Part shown: positions 1 to 15,000 of the stretch, piece by piece
Layout: the number at the start of each line of letters is the position of its first letter
Numbering within the stretch: position 1 is the first letter of the stretch
Source: Balanoglossus misakiensis
Taxonomy: Eukaryota > Animalia > Hemichordata
Length of the DNA stretch: 64,000 nucleotides
Direction of reading: 5' to 3'
Assembly (NCBI GenBank): GCA_040954595.2
Contig: CM082594.2
Coordinates: forward strand, 886,247 to 950,246
The notes under the pieces: generated by a model
Told to the model about the DNA's origin: nothing
Databases searched by the model: none
What the model saw: only the letters and a program-made list of their open reading frames with translations
Made by a program: the position numbers and the translations under genes

Positions 1-3000
1 CCCGTCATTGGCACAAACAGTCTCAGGAAGTAAGCTTTCAGCCTACCAATGTAGCTATTATATTTTCCACTTTTTGTAAGTGAAGCCTGACTGTCGCCTG
101 TCTTAGGTCACCACTTCATAAGCGGTCTTACCCGTCATTGGCACAAACAGTCTCAGGAAGTAAGCTTTCAGCCTACCAATGTAGCTATTATATTTTCCAC
201 TTTTTGTAAGTGAAGCCTGACTGTCGCCTGTCTTAGGTCACCACTTCATAAGCGGTCTTACCCGTCATTGGCACAAACAGTCTCAGGAAGTAAGCTTTCA
301 GCCTACCAATGTAGCTATTATATTTTCCACTTTTTGTAAGTGAAGCCTGACTGTTGCCTGTCTTAGGTCACCACTCCATAAGTGTTCTTACCCGTCATTG
401 GCACAAACAGTCTCAGGAAGTAAGCTTTCAGCCTACCAATTTAGCTATTATATTTTCAACTTTTTGTAAGTGAAGCCTGACTGTCGCCTGTCTTAGGTCA
501 CCACTTCATAAGAGGTCTTACCCGTCATTGGCACAAACAGTCTCAGGAAGTAAGCTTTCAGCCTACCAATGTAGCTATTATATTTTCCACTTTTTGTAAG
601 TGAAGCCTGACTGTCGCCTGTCTTAGGTCACCACTTCATAAGCGGTCTTACCCGTCATTGGCACAAACAGTCTCAGGAAGTAAGCTTTCAGCCTACCAAT
701 GTAGCTATTGTATTTTCCACTTTTTGTAAGTGAAGCCTGACTGTCGCCTGTCTTAGGTCACCACTTCATAAGCGGTCTTACCCGTCATTGGCACAAACAG
801 TCTCAGGAAGTAAGCTTTCAGCCTACCAATGTAGCTATTGTATTTTCCACTTTTTGTAAGTGAAGCCTGACTGTCGCCTGTCTTAGGTCACCACTTCATA
901 AGTGTTCTTACCCGTCATTGGCACAAACAGTCTCAGGAAGTAAGCTTTCAGCCTACCAATGTAGCTATTATATTTTCCACTTTTTGTAAGTGAAGCCTGA
1001 CTGTCGCCTGTCTTAGGTCACCACTTCATAAGCGGTCTTACCCGTCATTGGCACATACAGTCTCAGGAAGTTAGCTTTCAGCCTACCAATGTAGCTATTA
1101 TATTTTCCACTTTTTGTAAGTGAAGCCTTACTGTCGCCTGTCTTAGGTCACCACTTCATAAGAGGTCTTACCCGTCATTGGCACAAACAGTCTCAGGAAG
1201 TAAGCTTTCAGCCTACCAATGTAGCTATTGTATTTTCAACTTTTTGTAAGTGAAGCCTGACTGTCGCCTGTCTTAGGTCACCACTTCATAAGCGGTCTTA
1301 CCCGTCATTGGCACAAACAGTCTCAGGAAGTAAGCTTTCAGCCTACCAATGTAGCTATTGTATTTTCCACTTTTTGTAAGTGAAGCCTGACTGTCGCCTG
1401 TCTTAGGTCACCACTTCATAAGTGTTCTTACCCGTCATTGGCACAAACAGTCTCAGGAAGTAAGCTTTCAGCCTACCAATGTAGCTATTATATTTTCCAC
1501 TTTTTGTAAGTGAAGCCTGACTGTCGCCTGTCTTAGGTCACCACTTCATAAGCGGTCTTACCCGTCATTGGCACATACAGTCTCAGGAAGTTAGCTTTCA
1601 GCCTACCAATGTAGCTATTATATTTTCCACTTTTTGTAAGTGAAGCCTTACTGTCGCCTGTCTTAGGTCACCACTTCATAAGAGGTCTTACCCGTCATTG
1701 GCACAAACAGTCTCAGGAAGTAAGCTTTCAGCCTACCAATGTAGCTATTGTATTTTCAACTTTTTGTAAGTGAAGCCTGACTGTCGCCTGTCTTAGGTCA
1801 CCACTTCATAAGAGGTCTTACCCGTCATTGGCACAAACAGACAGGAAGTAAGCTTTCAGCCTACCAATGTAGCTTTTGTATTTTCAACTGTTTGTAAGTG
1901 AAGCCTGACTGTCGCCTGTCTTAGGTCACCACTTCATAAGCGGTCTTACCCGTCATTGGCACAAACAGTCTCAGGAAGTAAGCTTTCAGCCTACCAATGT
2001 AGCTATTGTATTTTCCACTTTTTGTAAGTGAAGCCTGCCTGTTGCCTGTCTTAGGTCACCACTTCATAAGTGTTCTTACCCGTCATTGGCACAAACAGTC
2101 TCAGGAAGTAAGCTTTCAGCCTACCAATGTAGCTATTATATTTTCCACTTTTTGTAAGTGAAGCCTGACTGTCGCCTGTCTTAGGTCACCACTTCATAAG
2201 CGGTCTTACCCGTCATTGGCACAAACAGTCTCAGGAAGTTAGCTTTCAGCCTACCAATGTAGCTATTATATTTTCCACTTTTTGTAAGTGAAGCCTGACT
2301 GTCGCCTGTCTTAGGTCACCACTTCATAAGAGGTCTTACCCGTCATTGGCACAAACAGTCTCAGGAAGTAAGCTTTCAGCCTACCAATGTAGCTATTGTA
2401 TTTTCAACTTTTTGTAAGTGAAGCCTGACTGTCGCCTGTCTTAGGTCACCACTTCATAAGAGGTCTTATCCGTCATTGGCACAAACAGACAGGAAATAAG
2501 CTTTCAGCCTACCAATGTAGCTATTGTATTTTCCACTTTTTGTAAGTGAAGCCTGACTGTCGCCTGTCTTAGGTCACCACTTCATAAGAGGTCTTACCCG
2601 TCATTGGCACAAACAGTCTCAGGAAGTAAGCTTTCAGCCTACCAATGTAGCTATTATATTTTCCACTTTTTGTAAGTGAAGCCTGACTGTCGCCTGTCTT
2701 AGGTCACCACTTCATAAGCGGTCTTACCCGTCATTGGCACAAACAGTCTCAGGAAGTAAGCTTTCAGCCTACCAATGTAGCTATTGTATTTTCCACTTTT
2801 TGTAAGTGAAGCCTGACTGTCGCCTGTCTTAGGTCACCACTTCATAAGCGGTCTTACCCGTCATTGGCACAAACAGTCTCAGGAAGTAAGCTTTCAGCCT
2901 ACCAATGTAGCTATTGTATTTTCCACTTTTTGTAAGTGAAGCCTGACTGTCGCCTGTCTTAGGTCACCACTTCATAAGAGGTCTTACCCGTCATTGGCAC

Positions 3001-6000
3001 AAACAGTCTCAGGAAGTAAGCTTTCAGCCTACCAATGTAGCTATTATATTTTCCACTTTTTGTAAGTGAAGCCTGACTGTCGCCTGTCTTAGGTCACCAC
3101 TTCATAAGAGGTCTTACCCGTCATTGGCACAAACAGACAGGAAGTAAGCTTTCAGCCTACCAATGTAGCTTTTGTATTTTCAACTGTTTGTAAGTGAAGC
3201 CTGACTGTCGCCTGTCTTAGGTCACCACTTCATAAGAGGTCTTACCCGTCATTGGCACAAACAGTCTCAGGAAGTAAGCTTTCAGCCTACCAATGTAGCT
3301 ATTATATTTTCCACTTTTTGTAAGTGAAGCCTGACTGTCGCCTGTCTTAGGTCACCACTTCATAAGCGGTCTTACCCGTCATTGGCACAAACAGTCTCAG
3401 GAAGTAAGCTTTCAGCCTACCAATGTAGCTATTATATTTTCCACTTTTTGTAAGTGAAGCCTGACTGTCGCCTGTCTTAGGTCACCACTCCATAAGTGTT
3501 CTTACCCGTCATTGGCACAAACAGTCTCAGGAAGTAAGCTTTCAGCCTACCAATTTAGCTATTATATTTTCCACTTTTTGTAAGTGAAGCCTGACTGTCG
3601 CCTGTCTTAGGTCACCACTTCATAAGCGGTCTTACCCGTCATTGGCACAAACAGTCTCAGGAAGTAAGCTTTCAGCCTACCAATGTAGCTATTGTATTTT
3701 CCACTTTTTGTAAGTGAAGCCTGACTGTCGCCTGTCTTAGGTCACCACTTCATAAGAGGTCTTACCCGTCATTGGCACAAACAGTCTCAGGAAGTAAGCT
3801 TTCAGCCTACCAATGTAGCTATTATATTTTCCACTTTTTGTAAGTGAAGCCTGACTGTCGCCTGTCTTAGGTCACCACTTCATAAGAGGTCTTACCCGTC
3901 ATTGGCACAAACAGACAGGAAGTAAGCTTTCAGCCTACCAATGTAGCTTTTGTATTTTCAACTGTTTGTAAGTGAAGCCTGACTGTCGCCTGTCTTAGGT
4001 CACCACTTCATAAGAGGTCTTACCCGTCATTGGCACAAACAGTCTCAGGAAGTAAGCTTTCAGCCTACCAATGTAGCTATTATATTTTCCACTTTTTGTA
4101 AGTGAAGCCTGACTGTCGCCTGTCTTAGGTCACCACTTCATAAGCGGTCTTACCCGTCATTGGCACAAACAGTCTCAGGAAGTGAGCTTTCAGCCTACCA
4201 ATGTAGCTATTATATTTTCCACTTTTTGTAAGTGAAGCCTGACTGTTGCCTGTCTTAGGTCACCACTCCATAAGTGTTCTTACCCGTCATTGGCACAAAC
4301 AGTCTCAGGAAGTAAGCTTTCAGCCTACCAATTTAGCTATTATATTTTCAACTTTTTGTAAGTGAAGCCTGACTGTCGCCTGTCTTAGGTCACCACTTCA
4401 TAAGAGGTCTTACCCGTCATTGGCACAAACAGTCTCAGGAAGTAAGCTTTCAGCCTACCAATGTAGCTATTATATTTTCCACTTTTTGTAAGTGAAGCCT
4501 GACTGTCGCCTGTCTTAGGTCACCACTTCATAAGCGGTCTTACCCGTCATTGGCACAAACAGTCTCAGGAAGTAAGCTTTCAGCCTACCAATGTAGCTAT
4601 TGTATTTTCCACTTTTTGTAAGTGAAGCCTGACTGTCGCCTGTCTTAGGTCACCACTTCATAAGCGGTCTTACCCGTCATTGGCACAAACAGTCTCAGGA
4701 AGTAAGCTTTCAGCCTACCAATGTAGCTATTGTATTTTCCACTTTTTGTAAGTGAAGCCTGACTGTCGCCTGTCTTAGGTCACCACTTCATAAGTGTTCT
4801 TACCCGTCATTGGCACAAACAGTCTCAGGAAGTAAGCTTTCAGCCTACCAATGTAGCTATTATATTTTCCACTTTTTGTAAGTGAAGCCTGACTGTCGCC
4901 TGTCTTAGGTCACCACTTCATAAGCGGTCTTACCCGTCATTGGCACAAACAGTCTCAGGAAGTAAGCTTTCAGCCTACCAATGTAGCTATTGTATTTTCC
5001 ACTTTTTGTAAGTGAAGCCTGACTGTCGCCTGTCTTAGGTCACCACTTCATAAGAGGTCTTACCCGTCATTGGCACAAACAGTCTCAGGAAGTAAGCTTT
5101 CAGCCTACCAATGTAGCTATTATATTTTCCACTTTTTGTAAGTGAAGCCTGACTGTCGCCTGTCTTAGGTCACCACTTCATAAGAGGTCTTACCCGTCAT
5201 TGGCACAAACAGACAGGAAGTAAGCTTTCAGCCTACCAATGTAGCTTTTGTATTTTCAACTGTTTGTAAGTGAAGCCTGACTGTCGCCTGTCTTAGGTCA
5301 CCACTTCATAAGAGGTCTTACCCGTCATTGGCACAAACAGTCTCAGGAAGTAAGCTTTCAGCCTACCAATGTAGCTATTATATTTTCCACTTTTTGTAAG
5401 TGAAGCCTGACTGTCGCCTGTCTTAGGTCACCACTTCATAAGCGGTCTTACCCGTCATTGGCACAAACAGTCTCAGGAAGTAAGCTTTCAGCCTACCAAT
5501 GTAGCTATTATATTTTCCACTTTTTGTAAGTGAAGCCTGACTGTTGCCTGTCTTAGGTCACCACTCCATAAGTGTTCTTACCCGTCATTGGCACAAACAG
5601 TCTCAGGAAGTAAGCTTTCAGCCTACCAATTTAGCTATTATATTTTCAACTTTTTGTAAGTGAAGCCTGACTGTCGCCTGTCTTAGGTCACCACTTCATA
5701 AGAGGTCTTACCCGTCATTGGCACAAACAGTCTCAGGAAGTAAGCTTTCAGCCTACCAATGTAGCTATTATATTTTCCACTTTTTGTAAGTGAAGCCTGA
5801 CTGTCGCCTGTCTTAGGTCACCACTTCATAAGCGGTCTTACCCGTCATTGGCACAAACAGTCTCAGGAAGTAAGCTTTCAGCCTACCAATGTAGCTATTG
5901 TATTTTCCACTTTTTGTAAGTGAAGCCTGACTGTCGCCTGTCTTAGGTCACCACTTCATAAGCGGTCTTACCCGTCATTGGCACAAACAGTCTCAGGAAG

Positions 6001-9000
6001 TAAGCTTTCAGCCTACCAATGTAGCTATTGTATTTTCCACTTTTTGTAAGTGAAGCCTGACTGTCGCCTGTCTTAGGTCACCACTTCATAAGTGTTCTTA
6101 CCCGTCATTGGCACAAACAGTCTCAGGAAGTAAGCTTTCAGCCTACCAATGTAGCTATTATATTTTCCACTTTTTGTAAGTGAAGCCTGACTGTCGCCTG
6201 TCTTAGGTCACCACTTCATAAGCGGTCTTACCCGTCATTGGCACATACAGTCTCAGGAAGTTAGCTTTCAGCCTACCAATGTAGCTATTATATTTTCCAC
6301 TTTTTGTAAGTGAAGCCTTACTGTCGCCTGTCTTAGGTCACCACTTCATAAGAGGTCTTACCCGTCATTGGCACAAACAGTCTCAGGAAGTAAGCTTTCA
6401 GCCTACCAATGTAGCTATTGTATTTTCAACTTTTTGTAAGTGAAGCCTGACTGTCGCCTGTCTTAGGTCACCACTTCATAAGCGGTCTTACCCGTCATTG
6501 GCACAAACAGTCTCAGGAAGTAAGCTTTCAGCCTACCAATGTAGCTATTGTATTTTCCACTTTTTGTAAGTGAAGCCTGACTGTCGCCTGTCTTAGGTCA
6601 CCACTTCATAAGTGTTCTTACCCGTCATTGGCACAAACAGTCTCAGGAAGTAAGCTTTCAGCCTACCAATGTAGCTATTATATTTTCCACTTTTTGTAAG
6701 TGAAGCCTGACTGTCGCCTGTCTTAGGTCACCACTTCATAAGCGGTCTTACCCGTCATTGGCACATACAGTCTCAGGAAGTTAGCTTTCAGCCTACCAAT
6801 GTAGCTATTATATTTTCCACTTTTTGTAAGTGAAGCCTTACTGTCGCCTGTCTTAGGTCACCACTTCATAAGAGGTCTTACCCGTCATTGGCACAAACAG
6901 TCTCAGGAAGTAAGCTTTCAGCCTACCAATGTAGCTATTGTATTTTCAACTTTTTGTAAGTGAAGCCTGACTGTCGCCTGTCTTAGGTCACCACTTCATA
7001 AGAGGTCTTACCCGTCATTGGCACAAACAGACAGGAAGTAAGCTTTCAGCCTACCAATGTAGCTTTTGTATTTTCAACTGTTTGTAAGTGAAGCCTGACT
7101 GTCGCCTGTCTTAGGTCACCACTTCATAAGCGGTCTTACCCGTCATTGGCACAAACAGTCTCAGGAAGTAAGCTTTCAGCCTACCAATGTAGCTATTGTA
7201 TTTTCCACTTTTTGTAAGTGAAGCCTGCCTGTTGCCTGTCTTAGGTCACCACTTCATAAGTGTTCTTACCCGTCATTGGCACAAACAGTCTCAGGAAGTA
7301 AGCTTTCAGCCTACCAATGTAGCTATTATATTTTCCACTTTTTGTAAGTGAAGCCTGACTGTCGCCTGTCTTAGGTCACCACTTCATAAGCGGTCTTACC
7401 CGTCATTGGCACAAACAGTCTCAGGAAGTTAGCTTTCAGCCTACCAATGTAGCTATTATATTTTCCACTTTTTGTAAGTGAAGCCTGACTGTCGCCTGTC
7501 TTAGGTCACCACTTCATAAGCGGTCTTACCCGTCATTGGCACAAACAGTCTCAGGAAGTAAGCTTTCAGCCTACCAATGTAGCTATTATATTTTCCACTT
7601 TTTGTAAGTGAAGCCTGACTGTCGCCTGTCTTAGGTCACCACTTCATAAGCGGTCTTACCCGTCATTGGCACAAACAGTCTCAGGAAGTAAGCTTTCAGC
7701 CTACCAATGTAGCTATTGTATTTTCCACTTTTTGTAAGTGAAGCCTGACTGTCGCCTGTCTTAGGTCACCACTTCATAAGAGGTCTTACCCGTCATTGGC
7801 ACAAACAGTCTCAGGAAGTAAGCTTTCAGCCTACCAATGTAGCTATTATATTTTCCACTTTTTGTAAGTGAAGCCTGACTGTCGCCTGTCTTAGGTCACC
7901 ACTTCATAAGAGGTCTTACCCGTCATTGGCACAAACAGACAGGAAGTAAGCTTTCAGCCTACCAATGTAGCTTTTGTATTTTCAACTGTTTGTAAGTGAA
8001 GCCTGACTGTCGCCTGTCTTAGGTCACCACTTCATAAGAGGTCTTACCCGTCATTGGCACAAACAGTCTCAGGAAGTAAGCTTTCAGCCTACCAATGTAG
8101 CTATTATATTTTCCACTTTTTGTAAGTGAAGCCTGACTGTCGCCTGTCTTAGGTCACCACTTCATAAGCGGTCTTACCCGTCATTGGCACAAACAGTCTC
8201 AGGAAGTAAGCTTTCAGCCTACCAATGTAGCTATTGTATTTTCCACTTTTTGTAAGTGAAGCCTGACTGTCGCCTGTCTTAGGTCACCACTTCATAAGCG
8301 GTCTTACCCGACATTGGCACAAACAGTCTCAGGAAGTAAGCTTTCAGCCTACCAATGTAGCTATTGTATTTTCCACTTTTTGTAAGTGAAGCCTGACTGT
8401 CGCCTGTCTTAGGTCACCACTTCATAAGTGTTCTTACCCGTCATTGGCACAAACAGTCTCAGGAAGTAAGCTTTCAGCCTACCAATGTAGCTATTATATT
8501 TTCCACTTTTTGTAAGTGAAGCCTGACTGTCGCCTGTCTTAGGTCACCACTTCATAAGCGGTCTTACCCGTCATTGGCACATACAGTCTCAGGAAGTTAG
8601 CTTTCAGCCTACCAATGTAGCTATTATATTTTCCACTTTTTGTAAGTGAAGCCTTACTGTCGCCTGTCTTAGGTTACCACTTCATAAGAGGTCTTACCCG
8701 TCATTGGCACAAACAGTCTCAGGAAGTAAGCTTTCAGCCTACCAATGTAGCTATTGTATTTTCAACTTTTTGTAAGTGAAGCCTGACTGTCGCCTGTCTT
8801 AGGTCACCACTTCATAAGAGGTCTTACCCGTCATTGGCACAAACAGACAGGAAGTAAGCTTTCAGCCTACCAATGTAGCTTTTGTATTTTCAACTGTTTG
8901 TAAGTGAAGCCTGACTGTCGCCTGTCTTAGGTCACCACTTCATAAGCGGTCTTACCCGTCATTGGCACAAACAGTCTCAGGAAGTAAGCTTTCAGCCTAC

Positions 9001-12000
9001 CAATGTAGCTATTGTATTTTCCACTTTTTGTAAGTGAAGCCTGACTGTTGCCTGTCTTAGGTCACCACTTCATAAGTGTTCTTACCCGTCATTGGCACAA
9101 ACAGTCTCAGGAAGTAAGCTTTCAGCCTACCAATGTAGCTATTATATTTTCCACTTTTTGTAAGTGAAGCCTGACTGTCGCCTGTCTTAGGTCACCACTT
9201 CATAAGCGGTCTTACCCGTCATTGGCACAAACAGTCTCAGGAAGTTAGCTTTCAGCCTACCAATGTAGCTATTATATTTTCCACTTTTTGTAAGTGAAGC
9301 CTGACTGTCGCCTGTCTTAGGTCGCCACTTCATAAGAGGTCTTACCCGTCATTGGCACAAACAGTCTCAGGAAGTAAGCTTTCAGCCTACCAATGTAGCT
9401 ATTGTATTTTCAACTTTTTGTAAGTGAAGCCTGACTGTCGCCTGTCTTAGGTCACCACTTCATAAGAGGTCTTACCCGTCATTGGCACAAACAGACAGGA
9501 AATAAGCTTTCAGCCTACCAATGTAGCTATTGTATTTTCCACTTTTTGTAAGTGAAGTCTGACTGTCGCCTGTCTTAGGTCACCACTTCATAAGAGGTCT
9601 TACCCGTCATTGGCACAAACAGTCTCAGGAAGTAAGCTTTCAGCCTACCAATGTAGCTATTATATTTTCCACTTTTTGTAAGTGAAGCCTGACTGTCGCC
9701 TGTCTTAGGTCACCACTTCATAAGCGGTCTTACCCGTCATTGGCACAAACAGTCTCAGGAAGTAAGCTTTCAGCCTACCAATGTAGCTATTGTATTTTCC
9801 ACTTTTTGTAAGTGAAGCCTGACTGTCGGCTGTCTTAGGTCACCACTTCATAAGCGGTCTTACCCGTCATTGGCACAAACAGTCTCAGGAAGTAAGCTTT
9901 CAGCCTACCAATGTAGCTATTGTATTTTCCACTTTTTGTAAGTGAAGCCTGACTGTCGCCTGTCTTAGGTCACCACTTCATAAGTGTTCTTACCCGTCAT
10001 TGGCACAAACAGTCTCAGGAAGTAAGCTTTCAGCCTACCAATGTAGCTATTATATTTTCCACTTTTTGTAAGTGAAGCCTGACTGTCGCCTGTCTTAGGT
10101 CACCACTTCATAAGCGGTCTTACCCGTCATTGGCACAAACAGTCTCAGGAAGTTAGCTTTCAGCCTACCAATGTAGCTATTATATTTTCCACTTTTTATA
10201 AGTGAAGCCTGACTGTCGCCTGTCTTAGGTCACCACTTCATAAGAGGTCTTACCCGTCATTGGCACAAACAGTCTCAGGAAGTAAGCTTTCAGCCTACCA
10301 ATGTAGCTATTGTATTTTCAACTTTTTGTAAGTGAAGCCTGACTGTCGCCTGTCTTAGGTCACCACTTCATAAGAGGTCTTACCCGTCATTGGCACAAAC
10401 AGACAGGAAATAAGCTTTCAGCCTACCAATGTAGCTATTGTATTTTCCACTTTTTGTAAGTGAAGCCTGACTGTCGCCTGTCTTAGGTCACCACTTCATA
10501 AGAGGTCTTACCCGTCATTGGCACAAACAGTCTCAGGAAGTAAGCTTTCAGCCTACCAATGTAGCTATTATATTTTCCACTTTTTGTAAGTGAAGCCTGA
10601 CTGTCGCCTGTCTTAGGTCACCACTTCATAAGCGGTCTTACCCGTCATTGGCACAAACAGTCTCAGGAAGTAAGCTTTCAGCCTACCAATGTAGCTATTG
10701 TATTTTCCACTTTTTGTAAGTGAAGCCTGACTGTCGCCTGTCTTAGGTCACCACTTCATAAGCGGTCTTACCCGTCATTGGCACAAACAGTCTCAGGAAG
10801 TAAGCTTTCAGCCTACCAATGTAGCTATTGTATTTTCCACTTTTTGTAAGTGAAGCCTGACTGTCGCCTGTCTTAGGTCACCACTTCATAAGAGGTCTTA
10901 CCCGTCATTGGCACAAACAGTCTCAGGAAGTAAGCTTTCAGCCTACCAATGTAGCTATTATATTTTACACTTTTTGTAAGTGAAGCCTGACTGTCGCCTG
11001 TCTTAGGTCACCACTTCATAAGAGGTCTTACCCGTCATTGGCACAAACAGACAGGAAGTAAGCTTTCAGCCTACCAATGTAGCTTTTGTATTTTCAACTG
11101 TTTGTAAGTGAAGCCTGACTGTCGCCTGTCTTAGGTCACCACTTCATAAGAGGTCTTACCCGTCATTGGCACAAACAGTCTCAGGAAGTAAGCTTTCAGC
11201 CTACCAATGTAGCTATTATATTTTCCACTTTTTGTAAGTGAAGCCTGACTGTCGCCTGTCTTAGGTCACCACTTCATAAGCGGTCTTACCCGTCATTGGC
11301 ACAAGCAGTCTCAGGAAGTAAGCTTTCAGCCTACCTATGTAGCTATTGTATTTTCCACTTTTTGTAAGTGAAGCCTGACTGTCGCCTGTCTTAGGTCACC
11401 ACTTCATAAGCGGTCTTACCCGTCATTGGCACAAACAGTCTCAGGAAGTAAGCTTTCAGCCTACCAATGTAGCTATTGTATTTTCCACTTTTTGTAAGTG
11501 AAGCCTGACTGTCGCCTGTCTTAGGTCACCACTTCATAAGTGTTCTTACCCGTCATTGGCACAAACAGTCTCAGGAAGTAAGCTTTCAGCCTACCAATGT
11601 AGCTATTATATTTTCCACTTTTTGTAAGTGAAGCCTGACTGTCGCCTGTCTTAGGTCACCACTTCATAAGCGGTCTTACCCGTCATTGGCACATACAGTC
11701 TCAGGAAGTTAGCTTTCAGCCTACCAATGTAGCTATTATATTTTCCACTTTTTGTAAGTGAAGCCTTACTGTCGCCTGTCTTAGGTTACCACTTCATAAG
11801 AGGTCTTACCCGTCATTGGCACAAACAGTCTCAGGAAGTAAGCTTTCAGCCTACCAATGTAGCTATTGTATTTTCCACTTTTTGTAAGTGAAGCCTGACT
11901 GTCGCCTGTCTTAGGTCACCACTTCATAAGAGGTCTTACCCGTCATTGGCACAAACAGACAGGAAGTAAGCTTTCAGCCTACCAATGTAGCTTTTGTATT

Positions 12001-15000
12001 TTCAACTGTTTGTAAGTGAAGCCTGACTGTCGCCTGTCTTAGGTCACCACTTCATAAGCGGTCTTACCCGTCATTGGCACAAACAGTCTCAGGAAGTAAG
12101 CTTTCAGCCTACCAATGTAGCTATTGTATTTTCCACTTTTTGTAAGTGAAGCCTGACTGTTGCCTGTCTTAGGTCACCACTTCATAAGTGTTCTTACCCG
12201 TCATTGGCACAAACAGTCTCAGGAAGTAAGCTTTCAGCCTACCAATGTAGCTATTATATTTTCCACTTTTTGTAAGTGAAGCCTGACTGTCGCCTGTCTT
12301 AGGTCACCACTTCATAAGCGGTCTTACCCGTCATTGGCACAAACAGTCTCAGGAAGTTAGCTTTCAGCCTACCAATGTAGCTATTATATTTTCCACTTTT
12401 TGTAAGTGAAGCCTGACTGTCGCCTGTCTTAGGTCACCACTTCATAAGAGGTCTTACCCGTCATTGGCACAAACAGTCTCAGGAAGTAAGCTTTCAGCCT
12501 ACCAATGTAGCTATTGTATTTTCAACTTTTTGTAAGTGAAGCCTGACTGTCGCCTGTCTTAGGTCACCACTTCATAAGAGGTCTTACCCGTCATTGGCAC
12601 AAACAGACAGGAAATAAGCTTTCAGCCTACCAATGTAGCTATTGTATTTTCCACTTTTTGTAAGTGAAGTCTGACTGTCGCCTGTCTTAGGTCACCACTT
12701 CATAAGAGGTCTTACCCGTCATTGGCACAAACAGTCTCAGGAAGTAAGCTTTCAGCCTACCAATGTAGCTATTATATTTTCCACTTTTTGTAAGTGAAGC
12801 CTGACTGTCGCCTGTCTTAGGTCACCACTTCATAAGCGGTCTTACCCGTCATTGGCACAAACAGTCTCAGGAAGTAAGCTTTCAGCCTACCAATGTAGCT
12901 ATTGTATTTTCCACTTTTTGTAAGTGAAGCCTGACTGTCGGCTGTCTTAGGTCACCACTTCATAAGCGGTCTTACCCGTCATTGGCACAAACAGTCTCAG
13001 GAAGTAAGCTTTCAGCCTACCAATGTAGCTATTGTATTTTCCACTTTTTGTAAGTGAAGCCTGACTGTCGCCTGTCTTAGGTCACCACTTCATAAGAGGT
13101 CTTACCCGTCATTGGCACAAACAGACAGGAAGTAAGCTTTCAGCCTACCAATGTAGCTTTTGTATTTTCAACTGTTTGTAAGTGAAGCCTGACTGTCGCC
13201 TGTCTTAGGTCACCACTTCATAAGCGGTCTTACCCGTCATTGGCACAAACAGTCTCAGGAAGTAAGCTTTCAGCCTACCAATGTAGCTATTGTATTTTCC
13301 ACTTTTTGTAAGTGAAGCCTGCCTGTTGCCTGTCTTAGGTCACCACTTCATAAGTGTTCTTACCCGTCATTGGCACAAACAGTCTCAGGAAGTAAGCTTT
13401 CAGCCTACCAATGTAGCTATTATATTTTCCACTTTTTGTAAGTGAAGCCTGACTGTCGCCTGTCTTAGGTCACCACTTCATAAGCGGTCTTACCCGTCAT
13501 TGGCACAAACAGTCTCAGGAAGTTAGCTTTCAGCCTACCAATGTAGCTATTATATTTTCCACTTTTTGTAAGTGAAGCCTGACTGTCGCCTGTCTTAGGT
13601 CACCACTTCATAAGAGGTCTTACCCGTCATTGGCACAAACAGACAGGAAATAAGCTTTCAGCCTACCAATGTAGCTATTGTATTTTCAACTTTTTGTAAG
13701 TGAAGCCTGACTGTCGCCTGTCTTAGGTCACCACTTCATAAGAGGTCTTATCCGTCATTGGCACAAACAGACAGGAAATAAGCTTTCAGCCTACCAATGT
13801 AGCTATTGTATTTTCCACTTTTTGTAAGTGAAGCCTGACTGTCGCCTGTCTTAGGTCACCACTTCATAAGAGGTCTTACCCGTCATTGGCACAAACAGTC
13901 TCAGGAAGTAAGCTTTCAGCCTACCAATGTAGCTATTATATTTTCCACTTTTTGTAAGTGAAGCCTGACTGTCGCCTGTCTTAGGTCACCACTTCATAAG
14001 CGGTCTTACCCGTCATTGGCACAAACAGTCTCAGGAAGTAAGCTTTCAGCCTACCAATGTAGCTATTGTATTTTCCACTTTTTGTAAGTGAAGCCTGACT
14101 GTCGCCTGTCTTAGGTCACCACTTCATAAGCGGTCTTACCCGTCATTGGCACAAACAGTCTCAGGAAGTAAGCTTTCAGCCTACCAATGTAGCTATTGTA
14201 TTTTCCACTTTTTGTAAGTGAAGCCTGACTGTCGCCTGTCCTAGGTCACCACTTCATAAGAGGTCTTACCCGTCATTGGCACAAACAGTCTCAGGAAGTA
14301 AGCTTTCAGCCTACCAATGTAGCTATTATATTTTCCACTTTTTGTAAGTGAAGCCTGACTGTCGCCTGTCTTAGGTCACCACTTCATAAGAGGTCTTACC
14401 CGTCATTGGCACAAACAGACAGGAAGTAAGCTTTCAGCCTACCAATGTAGCTTTTGTATTTTCAACTGTTTGTAAGTGAAGCCTGACTGTCGCCTGTCTT
14501 AGGTCACCACTTCATAAGAGGTCTTACCCGTCATTGGCACAAACAGTCTCAGGAAGTAAGCTTTCAGCCTACCAATGTAGCTATTATATTTTCCACTTTT
14601 TGTAAGTGAAGCCTGACTGTCGCCTGTCTTAGGTCACCACTTCATAAGCGGTCTTACCCGTCATTGGCACAAACAGTCTCAGGAAGTAAGCTTTCAGCCT
14701 ACCAATGTAGCTATTGTATTTTCCACTTTTTGTAAGTGAAGCCTGACTGTCGCCTGTCTTAGGTCACCACTTCATAAGCGGTCTTACCCGACATTGGCAC
14801 AAACAGTCTCAGGAAGTAAGCTTTCAGCCTACCAATGTAGCTATTGTATTTTCCACTTTTTGTAAGTGAAGCCTGACTGTCGCCTGTCTTAGGTCACCAC
14901 TTCATAAGTGTTCTTACCCGTCATTGGCACAAACAGTCTCAGGAAGTAAGCTTTCAGCCTACCAATGTAGCTATTATATTTTCCACTTTTTGTAAGTGAA

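Noticed and set aside
1-130. Tandem RNA gene array (5S, tRNA, spliced-leader or snRNA), suggested by GTAAG motifs, a T-tract resembling an Sm site, and site-specific insertions
   Set aside because: I see no recognisable 5S/tRNA/snRNA sequence, and there is no spacer or room for external promoters. The LINE is APE-type, not an RLE-type SL-targeting element. An Infernal/Rfam scan or 5' transcript-end search would settle it.
130-146. CENP-B box (ACCCGTCATTGGCACAA)
   Set aside because: Only 6 of the 9 essential positions match NCCCGNNTNNNNCGAAN.
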